Assembly: GCA_041650895.1 (NCBI GenBank)
Contig: JBAZKF010000002.1
Coordinates: forward strand, 7,967 to 71,966
Length of the DNA: 64,000 nt
Source of the DNA: Patescibacteria group bacterium
GTDB taxonomy: Bacteria > Patescibacteriota > Patescibacteriia > 2-01-FULL-39-33
Direction: 5' to 3'
Shown here: one piece after another, positions 28,180-37,009 of the stretch
Position numbering within the stretch: the stretch's first letter is position 1
Layout of the letters: each line of letters begins with the position of its first letter
The notes under the pieces: generated by a model
Database searches by the model: none
What the model was told of the DNA's origin: nothing
The model's input: only the letters and a program-made list of their open reading frames with translations
Position numbers and translations under genes: made by a program

Positions 28180-28645
28180 AACCTGAGGGTTTTATATCAA
28201 TCGTGGCACGACGGCCGTTAGAATTGGACAGGATGACATTGCCCGAGGAAACAGCCGCTCCCGTGGCATTAAAAATGGCGGTTGAAGAGGCTAAGGTGGT
28301 TGACTCCAGTATAATCGGGCTTTTGATGATGCGGGATTTTATTAGTAATCCGGTAGAATCGTTTTCTACGGTGTAGAGGTTTTGGTTGATGTCAAAAACC
28401 AACCGGTAGTTGGCTTGAGTGGTAACGGCTTGCTGTTGGGCGTAACGCAAATCAGAAGTCAAATCGCGCGCCGCGCCTTGCAACTGTAGGCTGACAGTGA
28501 AACTTTGATAGTAAGGCAAACCGACCCCGGTAATAATGCCAAGCAGAGCGATTACCACTACCAATTCCAATAAAGAAAAGCCGGCCAGATTGGACCGGAC
28601 GGCTAAAGAACCGGTAGGGCAGGATTTTTTTTCTAGTTTACTCAT
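28154..28645 (-). CDS. Type IV pilin / pseudopilin (FimT/GspH-like)
   Basis: Classical prepilin signature LAG|FSLLELVVVIALLGII; internal Met start preferred. Confidence 0.65.
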   Translation of the reverse strand: MSKLEKKSCPTGSLAVRSNLAGFSLLELVVVIALLGIITGVGLPYYQSFTVSLQLQGAARDLTSDLRYAQQQAVTTQANYRLVFDINQNLYTVENDSTGLLIKSRIIKSPIILESTTLASSTAIFNATGAAVSSGNVILSNSNGRRATIDIKPSGYAQISFSK

Positions 28646-28707
28646 ATTGCATAATGTGCCCGTCATCTTCGCGTTCGGGCGATGATGCGGGAGTATAGGG
28701 GGCTGGG

Positions 28708-29775
28708 TTAGAATTGCGAGGTCATGGAATAGATTGGCAGAATAATGGCGATAGCCAAACCGCCGACACCGAAACCCATTAAGATCATTAGTAACGGCTC
28801 GATTATGGTCGGTAGCGATTCCATGGTTTGTTCCACTTCCTCCTGATAAAATTCCGCCAGGTTTTTTAATACCGCATCCAGCGAACCGGTTTCTTCTCCG
28901 ACCGCCACCATTTGGATGATAATAACCGGAAAAACTTTGTATTGTTTAAAAACGTCAGCCAGTTTGATGCCCTTTTTTATTTTCTCTGACGCCTCCATCA
29001 GCGCTTGCCGGTAAACCGCGTTGGACATTATCCTGGCGGTAATTTTTAAGCTGTCAGGAATGGGGATATCGGTTTGGATCAGGGAGCTTAAAGCCGAGGA
29101 CATTCTGGCGATGTTGATTTTGACGGAAATCGGGCCGACGATGGGCGTTCTAAGTATCAGTTGATGCCACATCAGGCGTAATGGCCCGGAACGGGTGAGG
29201 CGCCAGAAGAGAATAAAAATCAGAATAATTAGCGGTCCCAGGATTAAGCCATTGGTTGTAACAAAGTTGCTGATGGTTATGAGTATTTTGGTGGGCAAGG
29301 GCAAGCCGGCTTCAAGATCTTTAAACATCAAGGTAATGTTGGGCAGGACATAAATCATGACAAAAATGCTTAGGGCGATCATGGCGCAGACGATGATGAT
29401 CGGGTAGATCATGGCGTTTTTAATTTTGCTTTTGATGGTGTGATCTTTTTTGAGCTGGATGTATAGATTATTCAGTACGCCTTCCAGATTACCAGAGGCT
29501 TCGCCGGCGGCAATCATATTGACGAACATTTCTCCGAAATCGCGCTGATAGGGCAACAAAGCGTCGGCAAAGCTTTTGCCCCCGCGGATTTGCTGTTGTA
29601 TTTCACCCAGAACCGTTTTCAATTTGGCGCTCTTGCCTTGCTCTGAGAGAATATTTAAGGCGTCAGCCAACGGCAGGCCGGCTTTGATCATAACAAACAG
29701 GTTTTGCAACATGAAGATTTTCGCCGTTTCCGGCACGCGTTGCAGATTGATGAACATTTGATTTAAGTTCGCCAT
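28708..29775 (-). CDS. pilC: Type IV pilus assembly platform protein PilC (GspF family)
   Basis: 355 aa with two GspF-type repeats and three TM helices; directly downstream of pilB. Confidence 0.85.
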   Translation of the reverse strand: MANLNQMFINLQRVPETAKIFMLQNLFVMIKAGLPLADALNILSEQGKSAKLKTVLGEIQQQIRGGKSFADALLPYQRDFGEMFVNMIAAGEASGNLEGVLNNLYIQLKKDHTIKSKIKNAMIYPIIIVCAMIALSIFVMIYVLPNITLMFKDLEAGLPLPTKILITISNFVTTNGLILGPLIILIFILFWRLTRSGPLRLMWHQLILRTPIVGPISVKINIARMSSALSSLIQTDIPIPDSLKITARIMSNAVYRQALMEASEKIKKGIKLADVFKQYKVFPVIIIQMVAVGEETGSLDAVLKNLAEFYQEEVEQTMESLPTIIEPLLMILMGFGVGGLAIAIILPIYSMTSQF

Positions 29776-29784
29776 AGGTGTTTG

Positions 29785-31503
29785 TTATTCTTTGGTTACC
29801 CTCAGCACTTCCTCAATGGAAGTGACGCCTGTTTTAGCCTTGATAAAGCCGTCCAGCATGATTGTTGCCATGCCGTTTTCAATTGCGGCTTTCTGTAATT
29901 CATCACGTGTCGCTTTGCTTAGGATCATGGCCGATATCTTGTCGCTTATCTCCAATGTTTCATAAATGCCGATGCGTCCTTTGTAACCGGAATTATCGCA
30001 TTGTTGGCAGCCGCGGCCACGGAAAAACAAAGTATCTTTGAGTTTTTGTTTCTTGCCTAGCATGCCCAAATTCGACAGGCTTTTTTCCACCTCGCTTAGA
30101 TTGAATTCCTTTTCCAATTCCATAACGCCTTTTTTGTCCAAGTTGTAGCTTTCAATGCAGTTTTTACAGATTTTTCGGACCAGGCGTTGGGCGATAATCA
30201 AGTTCAGGGTTGAAGAAATTAAAAATGTCGGCACATTCATATCAGTCAAGCGGGGGATGGAAGTAGCCGCGTCATTGGTGTGCAGGGTGGATAAGACCAA
30301 ATGGCCGGTCATGGCGGCATTTATGGCGATGTCGGCGGTTTCATTATCACGGATTTCTCCGACCAGGATGATATTCGGATCTTGGCGCAAGAAAGAACGC
30401 AAAGCCGCAGCAAAAGTGAAGCCGATTTTGGGCTGGACCTGGCATTGGTTGATGCCGGGCATTTTGTATTCAATCGGGTCTTCAACCGTGGAAATATTTA
30501 CTTCCGGCTTATTCAAAACTTGCAACATGGTGTACAGGGTGGTGGTTTTGCCGGAACCGGTCGGACCGGTAACCAAAATCATGCCATGCGGTTTGGCGAT
30601 GTTGCGTTTAACTACATCTAATGATTGAGGTTGAAAGCCTAGCTGTTCCAAAGTCATTTGCTGAGCCGTATCGGGTAGGAGGCGCAAGACGGCTTTTTCG
30701 CCGTCAAAAGTCGGAACAATGGAGACACGGAAAGAGACTTGGTAGTCTTGGCTTTTTATTTTGAAACGGCCGTCTTGGGGTAGGCGGTGTTCGTCTAATT
30801 TTAAGTTAGACAGGATTTTGATTCTGGCGATAATGCCGGCGTGGGCGGTCTTGGGCAGGGTCATGACTTTGCGTAACATACCGTCAATGCGGTAGCGTAC
30901 GGCTACGTCCTGGTCGGACGGTTCAATGTGGATGTCCGAGGCCTTTTCCAGAATGGCGTATTCCAGTAGCGTGTCTACGATGCGTACCACCGGCAGATCT
31001 TGGGCCAAGGATTTGAGATTCTCCGGCTTTTCTTCGCTTCCTTCTTCTTCAATTGTTTTAATATCGGCCGATAGCCCTTTGTGGTATTGCTTGAGAGCAT
31101 CTTTAATGTTGTCCGGGGAAGTCAGATGAAGCAGAACCTCTAAACCGGTCTTTTTAGCCAAAAAGTCAAACAGTTCAATGTTAGAAATATCTAACGTAGC
31201 GACTTTGAGTTCTTTGGTGGTCTTGTCAAAAGCTATTGTTTTGTGGGCGCTGGCCGTCACCTCGGGAATAGTAAAGAGGATATCCTTGCGGATGGTTTGG
31301 TTTTTGAGGTCAATATAGGGCAGATCGTAATATTTGGCCGCCGATTCGTATAACAAGTTGGGGGCGATGATTTTTTTATCAACCAAAAAATCCTCCAGCT
31401 TTTTATTGGCTTGTCTGGCTTTGTCGGAGTATTCTTTGATTTGCTTGGTTTCTAAAATTTTGCTTTGAAGCAAAATTTCTTCCAAATCTTTTTGGTTAAG
31501 CAT
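29785..31503 (-). CDS. pilB: Type IV pilus assembly ATPase PilB (GspE family)
   Basis: Walker A GPTGSGKTTTLY, Asp/His boxes, C-terminal tetracysteine CxxC...CxxC (CKNC...CQQC), N-terminal GspII_E-like domain; 572 aa. Confidence 0.9.
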   Translation of the reverse strand: MLNQKDLEEILLQSKILETKQIKEYSDKARQANKKLEDFLVDKKIIAPNLLYESAAKYYDLPYIDLKNQTIRKDILFTIPEVTASAHKTIAFDKTTKELKVATLDISNIELFDFLAKKTGLEVLLHLTSPDNIKDALKQYHKGLSADIKTIEEEGSEEKPENLKSLAQDLPVVRIVDTLLEYAILEKASDIHIEPSDQDVAVRYRIDGMLRKVMTLPKTAHAGIIARIKILSNLKLDEHRLPQDGRFKIKSQDYQVSFRVSIVPTFDGEKAVLRLLPDTAQQMTLEQLGFQPQSLDVVKRNIAKPHGMILVTGPTGSGKTTTLYTMLQVLNKPEVNISTVEDPIEYKMPGINQCQVQPKIGFTFAAALRSFLRQDPNIILVGEIRDNETADIAINAAMTGHLVLSTLHTNDAATSIPRLTDMNVPTFLISSTLNLIIAQRLVRKICKNCIESYNLDKKGVMELEKEFNLSEVEKSLSNLGMLGKKQKLKDTLFFRGRGCQQCDNSGYKGRIGIYETLEISDKISAMILSKATRDELQKAAIENGMATIMLDGFIKAKTGVTSIEEVLRVTKE

Positions 31504-31537
31504 AGTTTGTCACCTTCCAGGTGGATTAGCTAATGTT

Positions 31538-31546
31538 ATTATAACA
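31538..31546 (-). promoter_or_regulatory. Extended -10 element TGtTATAAT upstream of pilB
   Basis: Minus-strand reading of this stretch gives TGTTATAAT ~35 nt upstream of the pilB ATG, after an upstream terminator. Confidence 0.35.
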
Positions 31547-31560
31547 TAAAATCATAAGAA

Positions 31561-31601
31561 GAACAAAATAAAACTCCGCGTCAGCAAATCGCTGCGCGGA
31601 G
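31561..31601 (-). terminator. Rho-independent terminator upstream of pilB (ends the upstream minus-strand transcript)
   Basis: CTCCGCG-(14 nt loop with inner CAGC/GCTG)-CGCGGAG hairpin followed, on the minus strand, by ttttattttgttc. Confidence 0.55.
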
Positions 31602-31612
31602 CAAGTAAGGTT

Positions 31613-31801
31613 CTAATAGGTAGGTATTTCAGTAAGTTTGCCATTATCGTCTAAGATCAATGTGGAACTTTTAATGTCGTCATCAAACCGTTCGACTTGA
31701 TCCTCAGCGTAATTATTCGCTTCTTCCATTGTATTGAAGAAAAAAGTCGATGCGCTGCCATCGCCGTTTTTTCGGATAAAAACAAAAAGTTCAACTTTCA
31801 T
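31613..31801 (-). CDS. Small acidic hypothetical protein (62 aa)
   Basis: RBS AAGGAG upstream of the ATG (minus strand); no known domain. Confidence 0.35.
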   Translation of the reverse strand: MKVELFVFIRKNGDGSASTFFFNTMEEANNYAEDQVERFDDDIKSSTLILDDNGKLTEIPTY

Positions 31802-31851
31802 TTTTTTCTCCTTATAATTTTGGTGTAGGCCTTTTTACCTGTTACAGACAG

Positions 31852-32307
31852 CTATCGTTCCACTATAAATTCTTCAACCGTTTCCGCACCAGTCCAAAAA
31901 GATTTTTTGACAACAAATAGCGGCGCGGGGAATGGTTCTTGACGTGTAATTAATCTGAAAGCGTCATTCGGCGTTTTGACGGTAGTAATAAATTCGCCGT
32001 CTTTGTATTGGTATTGGTTTATAACCCGATAAACGACATTGGATTCGAGCTTACCCATCCCTGCTGGTTTACCGATAAATGTCGTTGCCCCAAAAAAGAA
32101 AAAAATTACTACAGTCAGCGTCATGAACACAATAGTAAGAATCTTAGCATTTTTTTCCAATTGAGCGAGGATCGCCGCGATGACAAACGTAATGATTCCT
32201 AACAACAGTAAAATATCCACAATGTCTCCTTTTTTGTCTCGCCGTATTCTTGGCGTAGACAGGTTGATCTGAGTTGTAACGTCCAAGCCTTGAATTATTT
32301 GTCCCAA
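31852..32307 (-). CDS. Hypothetical membrane protein
   Basis: Two predicted TM helices then a soluble domain; 23 nt downstream of the GT4 gene, likely co-transcribed. Confidence 0.4.
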   Translation of the reverse strand: MGQIIQGLDVTTQINLSTPRIRRDKKGDIVDILLLLGIITFVIAAILAQLEKNAKILTIVFMTLTVVIFFFFGATTFIGKPAGMGKLESNVVYRVINQYQYKDGEFITTVKTPNDAFRLITRQEPFPAPLFVVKKSFWTGAETVEEFIVER

Positions 32308-32330
32308 AATAAACCGCCCCGGCTTAATCT

Positions 32331-33491
32331 TTAGCCGTTATGCTTATATTTGGCAGTTAATAATTCAAGTTGTTTTTCTTTGATCAGTTCGCGATACAGG
32401 ATGGAAGTCTGTTGCGTGATATCTTGCCAATCATATTCAGTGGTCGCGCGTTTTTGAGCTAAGTCGGCGAAGTGTTTTATTTCTAATGGATTAGCTAAAG
32501 CGAATTCCAGTTGTCTGGCCAGGCTCTCCCAGGATTTGTTGATGAATTCTAAGGCTAAGCTTTCAGCCGGTTCTTGATTTTCCTCAATATTAGAAATAAT
32601 AGCCGGAACGCCATAAGCCATGGCTTCCAGTAAAGCAATAGACAAACCCTCGGCTTCCGAAGGCTGGACGAATAAGTAAGCATTTTTAAATATAGCCGTT
32701 AATTCGTTGCCTGACTTTAGTCCGGCCAAAATAATATTGGGGTTATTTTTGGCTAGATTTTTGATTTTGGCCACGTAGGCATCAGTGTTGGCACCATCCC
32801 CGATAATGACTAATTTTTTGTCAGTCGCAATGGAATTGTAAGCTTTGATCAAAGTGTGGATGCCTTTATGGGGCACCAGGCGGGAAACGGCGATAATGTA
32901 TTCGCCGGCGACTAAGCCGTTTTTGATCAAGTTATATTGTTCATCTTCCGGTGGCATTACGGCCACGCCATTAGGAATATACCGGCATTCCTTATCAAAG
33001 CGGTAAAGGCAATATTTTTTTAAGATGTTGGAGATGACGATGGTTTTATGAGGGAAGGTAACGGCAGTCCATTCGCCGATGGCTAAAATCAAACGGGCGA
33101 AGCGGCCCCATTTCTGATGGGTGCGATCAATACAATGGAAGGTAACGATTACTTTGGTGCGCGGTTTTAAGAGTCGAGGAATAAAAGATAAAAGCGAAGG
33201 GCCGACGCCGTGGTAATGAATGATGTCATAGTTCTGAAATAAGGCATGAATAGTAGCGATAAAGGTGTGAGTGATGGCATCTAAGTGTTTAGTAGCCAAA
33301 GAGGGGAGTTGGATGATTTTGACTCCGCGGTAATCATACTCTTTACAGTTGTCACCGGTATAGCTCGGTCGACCATAAACGGTAACGTTAAAACCCTGCT
33401 CAACCAGTCTGGTGGAGAGTTCCTCAACATGTTTTTCGATTCCACCCTGGCGGGTAGGAATGCCTTTTTGACCGATAAAAGCTATACGCAT
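32331..33491 (-). CDS. Glycosyltransferase family 4 (GT-B, group 1)
   Basis: C-terminal EAEGLSIALLEAMAYGVPAI (the E-x7-E GT4 motif), 386 aa. Confidence 0.8.
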   Translation of the reverse strand: MRIAFIGQKGIPTRQGGIEKHVEELSTRLVEQGFNVTVYGRPSYTGDNCKEYDYRGVKIIQLPSLATKHLDAITHTFIATIHALFQNYDIIHYHGVGPSLLSFIPRLLKPRTKVIVTFHCIDRTHQKWGRFARLILAIGEWTAVTFPHKTIVISNILKKYCLYRFDKECRYIPNGVAVMPPEDEQYNLIKNGLVAGEYIIAVSRLVPHKGIHTLIKAYNSIATDKKLVIIGDGANTDAYVAKIKNLAKNNPNIILAGLKSGNELTAIFKNAYLFVQPSEAEGLSIALLEAMAYGVPAIISNIEENQEPAESLALEFINKSWESLARQLEFALANPLEIKHFADLAQKRATTEYDWQDITQQTSILYRELIKEKQLELLTAKYKHNG

Positions 33492-33511
33492 AGGTTTCTT
33501 TAGGATATGTA

Positions 33512-33540
33512 ATTATATCAAATATAAAGTGTTTTGTCAA
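33512..33540 (-). promoter_or_regulatory. Consensus sigma70 promoter (TTGACA-N17-TATAAT on the minus strand) for the GT4 gene
   Basis: Plus-strand attata (33512-33517) and tgtcaa (33535-33540) read as TATAAT and TTGACA on the minus strand with a 17-nt spacer; ~20 nt upstream of the ATG at 33491. Confidence 0.55.
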
Positions 33541-33639
33541 TAGCTAAAACAAAGGTGATTATTGTTTAAATTTAGGTAAAAGTAAGAGGCGGCGGAACAT
33601 GAGAGTTCCGCCGCCCGGTAGTCAAAGGTACTTTATGCT

Positions 33640-35175
33640 TTATGCTGGGATTTCCAGTTCGAAGGCTCCGTCCACTATTGGGACGAAAGCGCCCTGCCAG
33701 ACTACTCTGACCAGATCGGCGTCAGCGTATTGAATCCCGTTTGGATGCTGAGAGTTAATCGGAACATCGCCGATTAACACGAAACGCAAGTTTGGGGCAC
33801 GGAATTTACTCAACTCAATGGTTGAAATGGAATCATCCACCGGCGCCCAATCCTGGTCAATCCAAGGTGCTCCGCCGGCGATGAAGTAGTACTCCACGCC
33901 GACTTGATTGACGTCATGATTGAAAAGCGTAGGAAACAAGGATGGCGGACAGAACATTCGAGCAGTCAGACTGGAATCGGAATTCTGGCTGATCACCAAA
34001 TAGGCTAGCGGCTCATCGCTTACTACCAGCACTCGCTGAACGGCGACGGTTTGATTACCGGCCGCATCGCTGACTTGATAATTGATGACGTAATGCCCAA
34101 AACCGCCGGTATCAATATCGGCCACCTCGCTGTTGCCGCCTTGACCGTCATATTGGTAGGTATGGCGAATGACAGCGCCGGTCAGATCGCCATCAACATC
34201 GTCGCTGGCCGAGTAAGGTGTTCCTGCAAAGCCGGGGTCGCCGATTTGGAAGAATACTGTTTCACCGTAAAGCGACAAGTCAATCACTGGTGGCGTCGTA
34301 TCCGTGCCGTCCGATACCGATAAAAAGGCATGATCGGTCTCGGCAGTGCCATAGGCGTTACTGATAACGAAATAGTAGCTCCAGCCGTCATCAGTCAAGG
34401 TAACTGCCGCGGATAAGCCGAATTCCAATGGCAATTGGTCAAGGGGGCCGGATTGCGTTCCAATCTCTTCAATCGTTGCGCCCTTGGATCGGTATGAGCG
34501 GTAAGCGAAGGGCGGTGAGCCCAACACTTGGCAATTGAAGGAAGCGATCGTTCCCGCAATCGCATTTACCGCTTGGGGTTGTTGAGTTACTTGCGGTATG
34601 CAAGTATTGACTGTTAAAAAAGCACTGTTACTGATTGCTTCTCCGGCCCCATTACTCACAACGCAAAAGTACGTCCGAGCGTCAGTCATGAGGGGGTACT
34701 GGATTTCAAAAGTCGGCAGAGTAGCGCCATCAATCGGCGGCTCTAAGACACTTTTTTCCTCGCAATCCTCTCCACCCTTGCATTTTTCTTTTTTATACCA
34801 CTGGTAATGCAGATTTTCACCGGTGGTGACAACGGTAAAAGAGGCCTTATTAAACCCCTCACTAACCGTTGCCGATTTTGGGTGTTCAATAATCGTCGGC
34901 GGCGCTTCCTCGCCTTCGCCTTCACCCTCGCCTTCACCCTCGCCTTCACCCTCGCCTTCAGCGGGGTTCCCCACGCAGAAACCGTCTTCGGTTCCGGCGC
35001 CTGGGCAGGCGTAGTAACTGCCGATATTAAAGATCTGGATCACGCGCAGAAGTTCCGACAGGGAAATCGCGTTGTCCTGATTGACGTCGGCCGAGTGATA
35101 CGGGCCGGTGGCGAAGGCCGGCAATGGCAACATAACAATCATAGTGAGGATTAGGGGAAGAGCATACTTTTTCAT
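33640..35175 (-). CDS. Secreted surface protein with (GE)n linker, Ig-like domains and DUF5011-like domain
   Basis: Signal peptide; dockerin/EF-hand-like DVNQDNAISLSELLRV; EGEGEGEGEGEGEGEGEE linker; Ig-like strands (HYQWYKKE..., YFCVVSNGAGEAISNSAFLTV); GDPGFAGTPYSASDDVDGDLTG resembles the DUF5011 PGATA-D-DGD motif. Confidence 0.6.
   Translation of the reverse strand: MKKYALPLILTMIVMLPLPAFATGPYHSADVNQDNAISLSELLRVIQIFNIGSYYACPGAGTEDGFCVGNPAEGEGEGEGEGEGEGEGEEAPPTIIEHPKSATVSEGFNKASFTVVTTGENLHYQWYKKEKCKGGEDCEEKSVLEPPIDGATLPTFEIQYPLMTDARTYFCVVSNGAGEAISNSAFLTVNTCIPQVTQQPQAVNAIAGTIASFNCQVLGSPPFAYRSYRSKGATIEEIGTQSGPLDQLPLEFGLSAAVTLTDDGWSYYFVISNAYGTAETDHAFLSVSDGTDTTPPVIDLSLYGETVFFQIGDPGFAGTPYSASDDVDGDLTGAVIRHTYQYDGQGGNSEVADIDTGGFGHYVINYQVSDAAGNQTVAVQRVLVVSDEPLAYLVISQNSDSSLTARMFCPPSLFPTLFNHDVNQVGVEYYFIAGGAPWIDQDWAPVDDSISTIELSKFRAPNLRFVLIGDVPINSQHPNGIQYADADLVRVVWQGAFVPIVDGAFELEIPA
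34906..34962. repeat. Tandem 12-nt/6-nt repeat (ctcgccttcacc)n encoding the (GE)n linker
   Basis: Seen directly: cctcgccttcgccttcaccctcgccttcaccctcgccttcaccctcgccttcagc; in-frame within the Ig-like gene. Confidence 0.7.
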
Positions 35176-35267
35176 CTCTAGGTTCTCCTTGCCTTGCGGC
35201 TTTGTCTGTTGTTTTTTTGTTTTTAAGGGACTTTTAATCTAAGCAGTGTTGCTCAAACTAATATATA

Positions 35268-35296
35268 ATTATAGCAAATTACTATAATATTGTCAA
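35268..35296 (-). promoter_or_regulatory. Consensus sigma70 promoter TTGACA-N17-TATAAT (minus strand) for Ig-like protein 1
   Basis: Minus-strand reading gives TTGACAatattatagtaatttgcTATAAT; ~85 nt upstream of the ATG at 35175. Confidence 0.6.
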
Positions 35297-35396
35297 TAGC
35301 TAATAATTATTTTATCTAATTTTAGATAAAAAAAGAGTGGCAACGGGTTTAATCGTGGCCACTCCGTGGTGGAAAGTGCTACTGACTTAGACGGTC

Positions 35397-36770
35397 TTAG
35401 ACGGTGGCTTGGAAAGCCCAATTGCCGTTCCCGTCATTGACGAGCGGTATGGTCGCTCCGTCTAGGGTAACCGTTACCGTGTCATTGGCGACGAATCCGC
35501 CACTGGAAGCGTTGGTGACCACCGAGAACCGGATGGTTCGGCTGACACCGACTCGAAACTTGGCGACGGTTCCATTGGCTATCCCCGCGGACGAAACAGA
35601 GAAACATTCCCGTTCAATCCAGGGACTGCTGGGCTGGTAGAGTTCCAGTCCAATAAGTCCGTTGGCCGGCGCGTTCGTGGCCGAAAAATACAGGTAACTG
35701 CCATTCCACGTCAAGGCGATTTTCAAATCGCTGGTGGGAGCGACACTGCCAACAATGATCGTCCGCGTAACCGACGCCTGATTGCCGCTGTTGTCGCTAG
35801 CGGAGTAGGTGACATAGTAAGTTCCGGTAATCGTCGTATTGACGCTGCCGGACACCATGATTTTGTAGATGGGACCGTCTACAGCGTCTATGGCCGTGGC
35901 CCCAGGATCAATCCAGGAACCGCCCACCGACAAATAGATCGTGGAAGCGCCGTTAAGCGTAATGACCGGCGGCGTGATGTCGCCGGTTGAACCGCCGGTA
36001 ACGGTCAGAATGGCCGGATTGGAATAAACCGATCCCTGGCTATTCCAGACCTTGCAGCGATAGGCGCCCTCGTTGATTTCTCCGACGGAGTAAATCGTCA
36101 GACTTGCCGAATTGACTCCGCCCGAATACTGGTTGGGCGTGATATCAATCCCGTTATCCTGCCAGCAGTATTTCAGATTACCGCCGGTGGCGCCAACCGT
36201 GAATTGTACTTGCTGGCCGATATTGGCCGACAAAGAATCGGGCTGATCGGTGATAACGGGAGCAGTTTCGCCCTCGCCTTCTCCTTCGCCCTCGCCGGAC
36301 CAATCGGTTGCCATCAGGCAGGACTTTTGCGCCGTCCAAGTCGTAATGCCGACGCCCTCGCTATTGCGATAGCCGACGCCGGCATCAAAGATCAGGCCGA
36401 AGCGCGAACCGTCCAGAGTCATCTTAACGCTGGCACGATTGGAACCCTTCTGCCAGACTCGCGGGGCCGAAGTTTCGGGATCGGCGCCGGTCTTGCTGAT
36501 CGTCCAGTCGAACGGGATTGTCCTACCGCTACCAAAAACGGTGTCCACATTCCATATGGCATAGTCCGCCTCGACGTAATCAATGGGCATATTGGCCTCA
36601 TTGGTCAAATCGACGGACCCCAAGTAGTAATCCTCATCTCGCGCGTCATCCGCGCGGACGTAGAAGTCGCCGGAAACGATCAGTTTATCCGGCATACAAC
36701 CGGTGAGACCGATGGCCGACAGGGCCAGCAAAGCAACCAGAAACAATGATACCTTACGCATGGGACGCAT
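35397..36770 (-). CDS. Secreted lipoprotein with (GE)n linker, Ig-like domain and DUF5011-like domain (paralog of 33640-35175)
   Basis: Lipobox LTGC after the MRPMRKVSLFLVALLALSAIG signal; GEGEGEGEGE linker; Ig-like YRCKVWNSQGSVYSNPAILTV; IDPGATAIDAVDG DUF5011-like motif; start at AAGGAG-proximal Met. Confidence 0.6.
   Translation of the reverse strand: MRPMRKVSLFLVALLALSAIGLTGCMPDKLIVSGDFYVRADDARDEDYYLGSVDLTNEANMPIDYVEADYAIWNVDTVFGSGRTIPFDWTISKTGADPETSAPRVWQKGSNRASVKMTLDGSRFGLIFDAGVGYRNSEGVGITTWTAQKSCLMATDWSGEGEGEGEGETAPVITDQPDSLSANIGQQVQFTVGATGGNLKYCWQDNGIDITPNQYSGGVNSASLTIYSVGEINEGAYRCKVWNSQGSVYSNPAILTVTGGSTGDITPPVITLNGASTIYLSVGGSWIDPGATAIDAVDGPIYKIMVSGSVNTTITGTYYVTYSASDNSGNQASVTRTIIVGSVAPTSDLKIALTWNGSYLYFSATNAPANGLIGLELYQPSSPWIERECFSVSSAGIANGTVAKFRVGVSRTIRFSVVTNASSGGFVANDTVTVTLDGATIPLVNDGNGNWAFQATV
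36287..36316. repeat. Short GC-rich hexanucleotide tandem repeat encoding the (GE)n linker
   Basis: ttcgccctcgccttctccttcgccctcgcc, in-frame in the second Ig-like gene. Confidence 0.6.
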
Positions 36771-36956
36771 GGGCTTAACTCCTTTTTGTTTTCCCGCCTT
36801 AGCGGTACGAATTTGCCCTAAGATTGGGGGCGACAACATTGCCGCTTACCCGTTTACTTGAGTTAGCGGCACACAGTGTCGCCTTCTCCTTTTCCAAGCT
36901 TACTCCCTATTTTCAACGTTCTTGCATCAATTAGGACTGTCCTAACTTGATATATC

Positions 36957-36985
36957 AGTATAGCAAACAATAGTACAAATGTCAA
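36957..36985 (-). promoter_or_regulatory. Sigma70 promoter TTGACA-N17-TATACT (minus strand) for Ig-like protein 2
   Basis: Plus-strand agtata...tgtcaa reads as TTGACA-17-TATACT on the minus strand; the flanking sequence closely matches the promoter at 35268. Confidence 0.5.
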
Positions 36986-37009
36986 TAGCTTGATATATAA
37001 CATCTAAAT

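Noticed and set aside
34906-34962. Possible CRISPR-like or minisatellite array
   Set aside because: The repeat units are 6-12 nt with no spacers, sit in-frame within a coding gene and encode a Gly-Glu linker. There are no cas genes and no repeat-spacer structure anywhere in the window.
34743-35154. ORFs encoding KARVKARVKAKARK and AFTLAFTLAFTLAF repeats
   Set aside because: These are alternative-frame and opposite-strand readings of the (GE)n hexanucleotide repeat of the Ig-like gene. They are frame artefacts of a tandem repeat.
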